The notes under the pieces: generated by a model
Told to the model about the DNA's origin: nothing
The model's database searches: none
What the model saw: only the letters and a program-made list of their open reading frames with translations
Shown: piece after piece, positions 47,401 to 58,609 of the stretch
Layout: each line of letters starts with the position of its first letter
Numbering within the stretch: the stretch's first letter is position 1
Made by a program: the position numbers and the translations under genes
Assembly: GCA_051294905.1 (NCBI GenBank)
Contig: CM119373.1
Location: 8,556,001 to 8,620,000 of the forward strand
DNA from: Botryllus schlosseri
Lineage: Eukaryota
Reading direction: 5' to 3'
Length of the DNA: 64,000 bases

Positions 47401-48318
47401 TTACAGACAAAAATTTTTTTTCTATAACTTACAATTTTTTCATTAGTGCATGTTGTTTCGTGTGTAACTGTTCATTTACAAATTGCGCTGCTACTATAGT
47501 ACCGTGTGTCCGTATACTTCAAGGTTTGTTGTTGTTGTCATTGTTACAATGCGAATATCATGGTTTGTGATTTTGATTGTTGCGTCATACTTTGCCGTTT
47601 TGATTTTGCTTTTAAATCTATTTAAATCCCCAAGGTGTGCAGTTAACTCTTGAAGAGAGGCACCCAAAAATTATCCGAGTTCAATAAATATTATATTACA
47701 ATGGATGTTGTATTGAAAGCTATATTCTTACAGATCATGGAACTAGCTCTTCACAGGTGATACCAGTACTGATGTGTTCATGTGGTATTACTGGTGTTGT
47801 ACCACATTGCCGCACATTTTGCTTTTATGCCTTATCATGCAACAAAATCTTCTTTGTAGCAAAAAGATAGGCCCAATCCAGCACCTGGCTGAAACCTTGA
47901 CGTGGTGTGCTGGCTTATTACTAATGTCAGCCGACAGCTTTCTGGATTTATGTGGTATATTTGGCGTGCAGTTGCCTTGTTATACTATTATGTCATGCTA
48001 CATCCCATAATTCTTCTACATAGGTGGGTCTGGGCACGCGCTGTAGTTCACTTGAGTCGCTTGTTTTCGAATATGCCAAGTCGTTTATTGTACTGTGGCA
48101 TGACATTATAATTCTTTTATATGCTGAAAGTTTCAACATGATGTACAGACAAAGCACTACCGGAACAGTGTATATGTGGTGTAGAACAATAAAAGTATCG
48201 TTAAGCGCTAGTTAGGGGGGTCTGGGGGGCGTAGCCCCCCAGAAGTTGCGATAATATAGATAAGGAGGGCCCCCCCGGAAGTTTCGCCTAGGGCCCCCCA
48301 ATCGTAAGGCCACCACTG
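44473..48318. mobile_element. 3.85-kb non-autonomous hAT element (CAGTGGTGGC TIR)
   Basis: Perfect TSD TGCATGTG; subterminal CGCCTAGGGCCCCC motifs at both ends; contains a ~145-bp tandem array and a possible transposase N-terminal relic (MPRVHAKCKSGSQKRK at ~47106). Confidence 0.88.
44600..45600. repeat. Satellite-like tandem array, ~6-7 units of ~145 bp
   Basis: Recurring AGAATATGGTACCGTAAAC...ATTAAATTTCTG...GAGCTTACTTTGATTTTATGA.CCCCCC at approximately 44657, 44754, 44925, 45074, 45220, 45365 and 45516. Confidence 0.88.
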
Positions 48319-48339
48319 TGCATGTGTAAGGCAGAAACC

Positions 48340-48924
48340 CAGGGTTGTAATGACTCGAGTCATGACTCGACTCAAGTCCGACTCGAGTCACGATTTTCGG
48401 ATGACTCGACTCGACTCGAGTCATTTTCTCAAAATACGGAAATGACTCGACTCGACTCGAGTCAATCTGTGTATTGACTCGACTTGGACTCGAGTCATTG
48501 CGCATGACTCGAAGCAAGTCATTGACTCGAGATTCAGACGGCCAAGACCGACATTTCATTGTAATTTCGACGCCAACACACTATTGGGATTTCGTTTGTT
48601 GGTACTGGTGCTTGTAAATGCGACCAGAAACTGCTAAATGTGAGGAAAATTGATATATTATAAATGTGAACCATTCAATATCACCAAACAGAGTTATAAA
48701 AAGTGGGTTTAGGAAGACTTTAACTGGAAACTGAGCAGTCAACACAATGACTTGGACTTGGACCCGAGTCATAATACCATGACTCGGACTCGATCCTCTG
48801 TTTGCTGACTTGGACTCGGACTTGACTCGGTGGGAATGGAAAATGACTCGACTTGACTCGAGTCAAAAATATAAAAGTGAGATTGACTTGTGACTCGGAG
48901 CCTTGTGACTTGGTTACAACCCTG
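48340..48924. mobile_element. hAT-type MITE (CAGGGTTGTAA TIR, GACTCGAGTC repeats)
   Basis: Perfect TSD CAGAAACC; partial relatives at ~21290-21500 and ~21900-21990. Confidence 0.92.
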
Positions 48925-49990
48925 CAGAAACCTAACAATACCATCAACCTATAATTACCACGCTTGGAGAGAATATTCAACCACAAATTAGGCCTACTTA
49001 TCGATGCTGACATACTATAGAATCTAGTTCGTCTGCGAATTATGGCCTCATAGGACCACTTTTATGAAAAGTTTCGCCATGCTTGTGGCTTACATATCGG
49101 TATGTGGTATAATTAACACCTACACTGGTTTATATCTTCAAATTAATACAGGAATTATGTTTTGTTGGAAAGGTGATCAAAGCGTTCCATGATGATTCGC
49201 AACTCAAGTATGTCTAATGAATATTAAATGCTACCCGGAGTATGATGTTTCTCAACTCACGTATGTCTAATGATATCTGGAGTATGGTAAAAAGCGTGTT
49301 TTTTTCGGAGTCGAGACGTAACCAACCACGAAGTCGGGGAAAATTTACCATTTTTCCGGATATTACTCCGGTATTGTCAGTCGGAAAACTTTGAAAAAGT
49401 GTTCTCTATTCACATTGCCAAAATATGGTAACACTACCCAAATAGGCTACGAGAGATATTCCTTTTCAAAGCGTGTTGCGACTGCTCGAAGTTTCAGCAG
49501 ACATATAACCGAACTTTTAGAGCGTGTCGCAAACTTTTTCCAAGTAGCCTATCCATATACACAACTTTTAACATGGCGAGATGCATCTACTGACACAACT
49601 ATATCAGAGCCACAAATCGAGCTTACAATTAGGAGAAAATTATGAACTGCACTCCATGATGGTGTCAGTGTGCAGGTGCACGATTACAATGGAACTGCAA
49701 CGACGATGAAACGATGGGTAAAAATTTGGAGCTATGGGAAGTTGTCGGTAAATCTACAGTCAAAATAATTTCCTGATATTACAGAATGCCTATTTTGTGA
49801 GTTCAACAGAATTATCTATTTTAACTATTTTGTACACAGCATGTGACAAAGTATTTGTTATTAAGGTATTTTGTATATATCTTGCATCAATCGACGTGCT
49901 GCTCAAAGGAGTACTGTAGGCTAATCAATCTCAAGATGAATGAACTCTAAACTGTTCTCGCATTGACCGCTTCGTGAGTTCTGAGAAAGT

Positions 49991-50400
49991 ATAATCAACC
50001 TTTCCTGATTATACACTGTCTTCGAATGAAAAGTATGTGTTATCACGTGGATTGAACTTTTGCATACCACCTAACGTAAATAGTGAAGAGATGTATGCTG
50101 AATTTTAGATACTGATGGATCAACTGTGAGCCGAATTCCGCTATTGACGTTCAGGTACTCAAAGCAAGATCAGCGGTCCTGACATTCGTATTGTGGATTA
50201 CCGGCAGATGAAGCAGACGTCCTCATCACTGATGAAAGAAAGCTTCCGTATCATCAAATCTCTGCTACGTAACACCATCATTCATGCAAAGAAACATGAC
50301 TGATACTCGTGCAGCGATTCCCTACACGATTGATTGCATTTCCAGAATGCTATCAACTCTTTTAGAATAGATCCCGCGAAATTTATAGAAGTCAAGTCTC
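49991..50400 (+). mobile_element. Penelope-like retroelement relic (pre-RT N-terminal region)
   Basis: With one frameshift reads IINLS/DYTLSSNEKYVLSRGLNFCIPPNVNSEEMYAEF*ILMDQL, matching the INLS..L...E..VL..GLNF..P motif typical of Penelope-like ORFs. Confidence 0.65.
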
Positions 50401-51774
50401 ACAACTTGACAATACACTGCTGGAGAAGAATGAGATAATGTCAGCCGAAACCTGTGACTTCAACACTCCTGTTGAGCACCATATGTTCATGACTATATCG
50501 GTATTTATTCTGTGTAGGGCAAAGGGGAGGCATGGTGATCCTCACCAGTTGTGAACATTTACTCGCCTTCGTAGCAAACTGTTTTGGATATCGCTGATCT
50601 CGGTCTTGTATTCTGGCGGTCCGCCGCACGATATACCAAGCTGGATAAGTGAACCCGTTTCTATGGAGATGCGGCGTAGGTGACTATGGCGGCGTGGGCT
50701 CGTCTATATCGCTGTCAACCCTCCTCGACTGAATGATATGCCTGTCCTGTGAATCGAATATAAGGCAATGAGACACGATATTTGCTTTTTACTATGAACG
50801 TATGCTATCACGCGCTTTGTGTGATCAGTGATTCGATTTATTTAATGAGTTATTTTCAGCTACGGAATCTTCGGTCCTGTGTACATTGCTGCGTTTTTGC
50901 TCAGCATTCTGAAGTCACAATCTAGTTCTGGTCGGATACACGAATGAGATTACGCTGACAAATACATATTCGTTTGCAGCCCCGTCAATGGATTGTGAAA
51001 TCTACGCATGAAAAATTATATCAATACCTATGAACCACAGGCGTCAGGTTAGCTCAAAGTGCTGCCGGTGCAGTGACTTGCGGTCAGGGGAGGCAAGTGA
51101 GGCACTGTCTCACCTGTCGCCAGGATGAGTAAAGAAAACTCCTAAGAATTTCAATGATTATTATTGGTATTTACCCTCGATGTTCATGAATAACTAATCC
51201 GAACCTTTTTTCGTCCAAAATCACCAATTTAAATATTTATAGTTCACAAATACAACATGAAAGGGGAGGTGGGACGCAGGTGAGCTGGGCATGGTATGGT
51301 ATGAAATCGCAATCTTCCATACCCCATACCCGCCCAATCGTTCCATACCATACTTGACAACTCTCCATACCACAGCAACATTCTGCTATACCATATTTGA
51401 TACTTTCTCCATACTTTTTTAACTTGACCAACTCTCAAGTGATATTCTATTTTTGATGTGTGGAAATGTTCCGGCGTTTATATTCTAATTATTTTGGATG
51501 AGATCATCCATTTAAACAGCTCCGATGCACCAATAGTATCCCCAGTTTCTCGAGAATATATGTCTACTTCAAGTAGAAGTAGAATTGACTGACTGACTTT
51601 AAATCTACTCAAGTAAGTAAGTAGTTGTGAAAACGATCGTACTTCGTTCGCATGGAATGTCAAAAGCTGTAAATGGAGCTATGCGGACGGTGTAGAGAGC
51701 TTGATTCAGGAGGTGTCAATTTTTGACAGAATAAGCAGTCGTCCACATCATGGGATGTAAATGATAGTATTGAT

Positions 51775-52515
51775 CAGGGCCGTAACAGCACTTCGGCAGC
51801 CCCCTCCCGCCCCCCCCCCCCCCCCCCCAAAAAAAAAAAAAAAAAACTAAAGTGAAGTGTATTGAAAACGGGAGGGCTCGTAAATATTGATTAAACATCT
51901 TGGTGCGGGCGGACCCGTTGATATGACTTCGTTACATGATGTTATTTCGTGACTTCCAGTCTTCTACATCAATAAATGCAGAATCGCTCAAACGTAGGCT
52001 TCTAAACTAAGAGACGCACACGATTTCAAATTGGTATTTCTTCACTGGCGTAAAATTTTTCCCAGCGGGATGGTATTTGTCTTGTGAGGTTCAGATTGCA
52101 AAGACAGGAACATTCGGCGCCAGTCATTCAGGCGCCTATGGACAATTAAACCTATACGTATCTTGTATAGCCTATATAACGAAGTCTTCGGTCTGCATAA
52201 GGGCATAGACCTTTTCGGTCAAGCTTTTCTCGCTGCCGATCGTTCTGGCACACTTCTTGGAGTCGCATGTTATATGACCTAAAACTTGATTGTATGTCTT
52301 GGTGGGTCGTGACGCGGTAATGGCCCAATACCCAATAATATAGAAAATGGCTACTTGAATAAGCGCGCTGCGCGAAAATTTTTTGGAAAATTAGCATAAA
52401 TTTTCAAAAAATACTCTATGATTCATGCTAATTCACGAAATGATTGTGGGCCCCCTTCGAGCTCGCCCCCCCCCCCCCCAATTGGCGGGTTTGGAGTGCG
52501 GCAGTTACGGTGCTG
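51775..52515. mobile_element. hAT-type MITE (CAGGGCCGTAAC / GTTACGGTGCTG)
   Basis: Perfect TSD GTATTGAT; poly-C and poly-A tracts inside. Confidence 0.85.
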
Positions 52516-52819
52516 GTATTGATACGGAAATGCGATACTAATCCGTTGTTTACTCGAACACCCAGTTTTAGAGAATATCATGGCATGGCGCCCTGCCCCA
52601 CATTACAAGGCCCCTAGTTCAGTCGAAGAGCAATACGGAGAGTCGGAGAAGTTGTGTCAGATACGGCTTCAACACTTTTTGCGCGATTAGTATACGGAAA
52701 TTAAAAATATGGCATATCGTAAAAATGCCATGTAGTGTAGGCTATAGCCTTATTTTCGGAAAATATAAAAGCATTTGCATACACTTGCTTTTATACTTCA
52801 ACATGTATGTTCTCCAGAC

Positions 52820-53278
52820 AAAAGAACTGAAACTATAATTAGAATTCAACGTATAATACTCGTAATTTAAAGAAAAATACAAATACTACTTGCAGCAAAC
52901 GTTTCGGGCCTTGTTGATACGGAAAAGTACAGTGGTGTATGCGCAGCAGCTATGAAGGTTGCAGGCGTCTATGGTTCAAATTATCGTTGTGAATCAGCCT
53001 TTTCGGACATGAACTTCATCTAAAGCAAACACTAAACACGCTTAACTAATGCACATCTGGAACACTCACTCAGAATTGCAGTGTCAAGTTACATACCAGA
53101 GTACAGCGCACTAGTTGATATCATACAATGTCAGGCTTCCCACTGACTGCTATAGAAACAGACAACATGATGCGGAAATACGGTGTGCTACGGATAAACG
53201 GCGGGAGTAAATAGTAGCCCGCTGCTTCAATCATTACGCAAAAGTAGCCCTCGGTTGCAAAAAGGTTGGTGACCCCTG
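52820..53278 (+). mobile_element. Right end of a 5'-truncated Buster-type hAT transposon
   Basis: Transposase C-terminus followed by GTAGCCC subterminal motifs and TIR AAAAGGTTGGTGACCCCTG; left end not found. Confidence 0.75.
52922..53146 (+). pseudogene. Buster/Charlie (GTF2IRD2/SPIN-like) hAT transposase C-terminal fragment with two in-frame stops
   Basis: EKYSGVCAAAMKVAGVYGSNYRCESAFSDMNFI*SKH*TRLTNAHLEHSLRIAVSSYIPEYSALVDIIQCQASH*: classic hAT dimerization domain and QxSH terminus. Confidence 0.85.
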
Positions 53279-53458
53279 CTGTAGAACTTGAAATGATTGT
53301 TCTAGTCTGTCTGCCTACATGAACTTGCTTTTGCTTGACTGCTTCACAGACTCAGTAAACAGGCGAGGCGAGGTTGTTTTTTTTCATTTTTTCTATTTGT
53401 TGACTGATAACCGACAATGTTGGGTAGTATTTATTGTATGTTTGTATATGAGTTTTCT

Positions 53459-53790
53459 AGACAAGATAGCGTAATGGTGAAGCGTCCGGCTTCTTGATCG
53501 GTAGGTTGTGGGTTCGATCCCCGGCCGGGTGAGACCAGACCTGATTAATAACACTGGTATCCATGACTTCCATGCTTGGCGTTCAGGCATTACTGGGATA
53601 GCATGGAGGGGTGGTACATGACTTAGAAAGCCGCAGAGGCTTCTATCTGCACTTCCTTGTCCAGCGGCACATGCACATCATGCACTCGTGGTATGCATAT
53701 GCGCAGATTGTGTGTATGTGTATCATGAGTCGATGTATATGCCGCAAAAACATCAAGGACGAAAATAAACTACGCCCTTCATTTCTAGCG
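53459..53790 (+). mobile_element. tRNA-derived SINE, family 2 (3' end approximate)
   Basis: A box TAGCGTAATGG (53467-53477), B box GGTTCGATCCC (53511-53521), no intact cloverleaf, followed by a central GGTATCCATGACTTCCATGCTTGGCGTTCAG segment. Confidence 0.75.
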
Positions 53791-54095
53791 TGTCTGCTTT
53801 CATATACTCGGCTGCTTCACTGATTCAGTACCAAGGAAATAGTCGAGATGGAGGTTGTGTGTTTTTCTATTTCATCTTTTTCTATTCATTGACCGATGAC
53901 TGACAATATCGGGTAGTATTTATTGTTTTTTTTGATAACTGTATTGGATTGTATTTCATTTCTAGCTATCAATATGCCTAGAATGAGTCGATCAAGGAAA
54001 TTTACAGTTTTAGAAGAATCTTTATAGTGAAAAGATGCACTGGTGGATTCACCAAAACCCAAAATGAGTCATTCGTCGCGACCATATCGATAAGG

Positions 54096-54533
54096 TAGGC
54101 TTACCATACGTCCTCTTTTAAGAGGATTTGTCCTCTTTTTTGACTTTTTTGAAAGTGTCCTCGGAGGACGCCCTTTTGTCCTCTTTTTTGAGATTTAGTC
54201 CTCTTTTTTGAAAATTTAGGCCGATTAAGAGCAAATTGCGAGTGATATGCCGTACATTAGCACAGAAGTGAAGCTCCGTCGGGTATTTTGGATTGAAAAA
54301 CGGTGATTTTAGCTCTGAGCGAAAAGATGACCTTTTTTTTTTTTTAGTCATCTACCTGGCAACGTGGAGTAAAAAACGTTATTTTGAGCTCTGAGTAGAA
54401 GTTATTTTTTTTAGTCAACCGATCACAAGGTGGGGAAAATTAACCGGATTTTGAGAATTACACTCCGGTTTTGCAAGTTGCAAATTTCTGAAAAAGTGTC
54501 CTCTTTTTTGATTTCCAAAATATGGTAAGCCTA
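54096..54533. mobile_element. TAGGGTTACC-family MITE
   Basis: TAGGCTTACCATA / TATGGTAAGCCTA; flanked by GATAAGG on both sides. Confidence 0.85.
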
Positions 54534-55845
54534 GATAAGGTGCCTGAAGAAAATGTACTGATGAACTATGGCAGTAAAACGTGCTGTAGCTATGTCTATA
54601 TTTAACTGGAATATTGGATATAGTGGATTCTTGAGTGTTCTTGAAATCCTAAACTTGCCAGTGAACACCTTCACAAAAATGGAACTAATTTGAAGGAAAA
54701 AAAGACTGTATCTCGACGCTCTTTCGCTTTCAAAAGTTGAAAGGGTTCAAAAGTCCTTAGACCGTTCGCGGGATTATAATTAGGGATTATAAACCAAAAT
54801 GCAATATTGGTATTCGACTATAGTGAGCACATGGATATTGATAATATCGTATACGCGTTAGAAACAGCTGCGAGATTTCATAGGCTGGTCGAGCCGTCTA
54901 AAAGGACAGGCCGATAAAGTAGGGTACAAAGCTCGGTAGGTGGCGTATGCGAGCGGTCAATCCGCACGCGGTGACGGTCAATCATTCGTTCGATAGCGAC
55001 ATTCGTTCGATAGCGACATTCGTCCACGCTGCATGCCAAGGAAGGTAATCTTATAGCTGGCGACCACAGCTCAAAATTTATTTAAACCGGTCTCAATCGA
55101 AAGATATTTTCACACTGATTCCGAAAATATAAATTAAAATCTGGTCAGGGCACTGGAACCCCCCTAAAATCGACCTCAAAGTTCGAAATTTCCATTGTTC
55201 TGAACAATAGGGGCGCCTGAGCTGAATGGTCGATTAACGCCTCGTACTCATTGTGACGCCATTGAGCGTCTCGGCGAAGTCGAGCCGTGTTCTCCGTGAC
55301 TCTCGGAGTATTTAGCGTCGTATCAATCGCTGTAACGCGAATATGTCCCAATCAGAGTAGTTTTCTCGTAGTGCTTTTATAGATTTCGATAAATGATTGC
55401 ACTGAAGACTACGCATATCAACTTTACATTTACTGGTAATGCATAATATAACAGGCCATTTTGCGTCGTATCAATCACTGTAAACGAATAGGCTGCCTCT
55501 ATAATTACGACGCGCATTTACAAATTTAGCCAAATACAAATTAGAGCACACCAGTTCTTATCGTGTTAATTTACGAAACATTTCCAGCCTCATAATCTGG
55601 TAAAACTCATTATGAAACAGTTCGTACATTCGGTCGCAATGCTTTTCAACCTTAAGCAGATAAAATTTTGCTCTACGTTTTCTGATGAAGTTTCGTCGTC
55701 GCGATCTATTAATAAAAATATGTCGGACTTCGTCACCCCACGAAATTATTTTTTGAGTTTGAATTTTGAGTTGTTCGGAACAATCGGTCTTGACGGCTAG
55801 TTCGGAGTGGTTCCATTGTTAAGCTCACATTTTAATTTGTGTTTT

Positions 55846-55866
55846 CATCATCATCATCATCATCAT
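55846..55866. repeat. (CAT)n microsatellite
   Basis: About 7 perfect CAT units inside the long-TIR element. Confidence 0.85.
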
Positions 55867-56368
55867 TGGTATATTGGCAATTTTATCAGTTCAATACACC
55901 AGTGCGATGCTAACTTCTGATTAACACCAGTTGAATAAATTTGAGCTCTCTGGTCGCCAACTAAAAGACTACCATTTATACGCTGCTTTTAGCCGGCTGT
56001 TGTGTGCACTGTGCAGCCTCATTTTGCCACCACCAAGTCGCTGCTACGCCACTGACCTTCACTATCACGTATTTCACCCAGGGGCGAATACACCATTTCT
56101 CCTCCAGAGTTGGGCTACACTACATCCTCTCCTCCTAATTGTCATAGGGCCTACTGACTAAGTCTTGGCACTGACTACGACGTTGGATCTTGAAAAGAAG
56201 CTCGATACCTATATGCTTTTCTATTAATCGTCCTTAATTGCCTGTGAAACCCCAATTTAACGTAGGCGAAACCTGACTTTGCTTTAAATTTTATTCGTCA
56301 ACAATAAAAACATAAGGTTGCAATGCGATAAAATTGAACAAACGTTGCAATCGGTTGCTCTGCTGAGA

Positions 56369-56601
56369 TAGGGTTACCATATTTTGGAAATCTGAAAAGA
56401 GGACACTTTTTCAAACAAGGTTAACTTTCCGGCCATATCAGCTTCCGAAATAGCCGCCGGATCGTTACTTCAGTGCTTACTTACTATATTTCAGTCGAAT
56501 TTTACCCTATATTTAACCAAAAAAAATAGGACATTTGAGCGTCCTTCGAGGACACTTTCAAAAAAGTCAAAAAGTAGTACAAATCCTCTTGGGTAACCCT
56601 A
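56369..56601. mobile_element. TAGGGTTACC-family MITE nested in the long-TIR element
   Basis: TIRs TAGGGTTACC / GGTAACCCTA; perfect TSD TGCTGAGA. Confidence 0.92.
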
Positions 56602-56659
56602 TGCTGAGAGAGCGCAACAGTGGCGCCACGGGAAGGCTTGCAACTTTGCCACCAAAAAT

Positions 56660-56770
56660 TAGCCCTGAAAAGGGCTGTTAGTGAAAAGGTAGCCCTGAAA
56701 AGGGCTGTTTACGAAAATGTAGCCCTGAAAAGGGCTGTTTGTGACAAGGTAGCCCTGAAAAGGGCTGTTT
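56660..56770. repeat. 30-bp minisatellite, 4 units, each with a perfect AGCCCT-GAAA-AGGGCT hairpin
   Basis: Invariant 20-mer TAGCCCTGAAAAGGGCTGTT at 56660, 56690, 56720 and 56750, separated by variable 10-mers. Confidence 0.93.
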
Positions 56771-58609
56771 TACGACCGCCGCGCTGGGAGCTTTCGTACC
56801 AGTCGACTATCAGATTACCAACCACTTCACGCTGGATATTCATGGGCGATCCACTCTAGCAATCTATTGTAGACTTCCCAGCGGCCCCCGGTCAGTGAAC
56901 GAAACCAAATTTCTGCCAAATGCGAGGGAAACAACGCAGGGGAAGTTCCTCGCATAATGCAACACAATAATAATGACCAAGTTGACGGAGTCACCCGGAG
57001 TCATTTTCCCATCGTTTCATCATTTTCACCTGTAACTTCTTCGCCTCACAGCAGTCATATTGCGTTCATTCGTCATTTCTCTCTCTGTTAAAATGATCAA
57101 TAATTATATTTTATGTCCTTATTCCCAATTTTGTTACGTATTCAAGTCAGTCCGGGTGACGGAATCGCCAGAAAAAACGTACTTGTGTGATAATAGCTAC
57201 ATTGACGTTCACAACCCGCAGACCAATTATATCACAGAACACCTTTAATCATATTGTAATTGCTTATATTAATAATCGCTAGATTTACTCGGACCAGAAG
57301 TCGCACACCCGCAGTCACGCATCTGGAATTGTGTGGGGTTGATGCCAAGTACGCGTCCATGTCCATTGTCCATCCATCCCGCGGAGCAATTCTGAGCGGC
57401 CCGCAAAAATCTACTTGGAATCCCAAACATAAAACCTGCTTATGAATGTTGCGGGGTTGGATAAAACCTACGTACCTCGTATACGTAACCTATTGTTTCG
57501 AATTGTGATTGCAAATAAATATTTTTTTGGTAATTACCGTAACCGTTACTCACAACGTATTTTCTGCTTCTCATTTGACACGGGAAGTAAAATAATAGCC
57601 CACCCGGGTTTACAGTGATTGATACGACGCAAAATGGCCTGTTATATTATGCATTACCAGTAAATGTAAAGTTGATATGCGTAGTCTTCAGTGCAATCAT
57701 TTATCGAAATCTATAAAAGCACTACGAGAAAACTACTCTGATTGGGACATATTCGCGTTACAGCGATTGATACGACGCTAAATACTCCGAGAGTCACGGA
57801 GAACACGGCTCGACTTCGCCGAGACGCTCAATGGCGTCACAATGAGTACGAGGCGTTAATCGACCATTCAGCTCAGGCGCCCCTATTGTTCAGAACAATG
57901 GAAATTTCGAACTTTGAGGTCGATTTTAGGGGGGTTCCAGTGCCCTGACCAGATTTTAATTTATATTTTCGGAATCAGTGTGAAAATATCTTTCGATTGA
58001 GACCGGTTTAAATAAATTTTGAGCTGTGGTCGCCAGCTATAAGATTACCCCAAGGAAGGTCAGAACAACGAACGGCATGAGCACGAGTTTCGAGTGCTAG
58101 TGTTGATGAAATGTGAGTATCAACGTGTTTTTCAGATTGCAAAGGAAAAGACTTGGTATCGCTGTGATACATTGTATTGTATAAATATACGATAGTCAAA
58201 TCTGCGCTGTGCAGTTTAGTCAAATCTGCGCTGTGCAGTTTAGACTATTTGCCGTAACTGCATTACCTAGGATATTAAACCATACTGCCGTACCTTCTTG
58301 CCTAGGATAAAAGTCGTACTGTAATGTCTTACACGTGGTTTCCGTGCCAGTCTTGCCTAGGACAAAAGCCGTACAGACCTACACGTGGTTTCCGTGTCAG
58401 TATTGCCAAAAGTTTGGAAACGAATTGAATGTTTGAGCTGTACCTAGTCTTGAAAAGCCGTGGCTGCCGTATCTAGCTAGAAGCCGTAATTACCGTTTCC
58501 GACATACCTGTCGTACCTAGTTTTTAGAGCCGTAACAGCCGTCTACAGAAATGAACAGAACGAAAACGATGTGGTTTTCAGAGCTGATTTATCTGCAACA
58601 ATTCATAAC

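Larger units (their letters stand above)
55044..58049. mobile_element. 3006-bp non-autonomous DNA transposon with 442-bp TIRs, Merlin/IS1016-like termini
   Basis: TIRs 55044-55485 and 57608-58049 (identical 68-aa mirror ORFs in the track); 5'-GG termini; perfect 8-bp TSD CCAAGGAA (55036-55043, 58050-58057). Superfamily assignment is inferred from TIR and TSD only. Confidence 0.85.

Noticed and set aside
53459-53535. Functional tRNA gene (also considered at 7649 and 63979)
   Set aside because: A and B boxes are present but there is no paired acceptor stem or 7-nt anticodon loop; each is followed by a repeat body, so these are SINE heads
56660-56770. CRISPR array or lambda boxB vector contamination
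   Set aside because: Eukaryotic context, no cas genes, and linkers only 10 nt and mutually similar. The hairpin differs from boxB by one base and sits inside a host transposon with an intact TSD.
55145-57948. Duplicated 68-aa protein gene (two identical ORFs)
   Set aside because: The ORFs are simply mirror images within the 442-bp TIRs; no coding features
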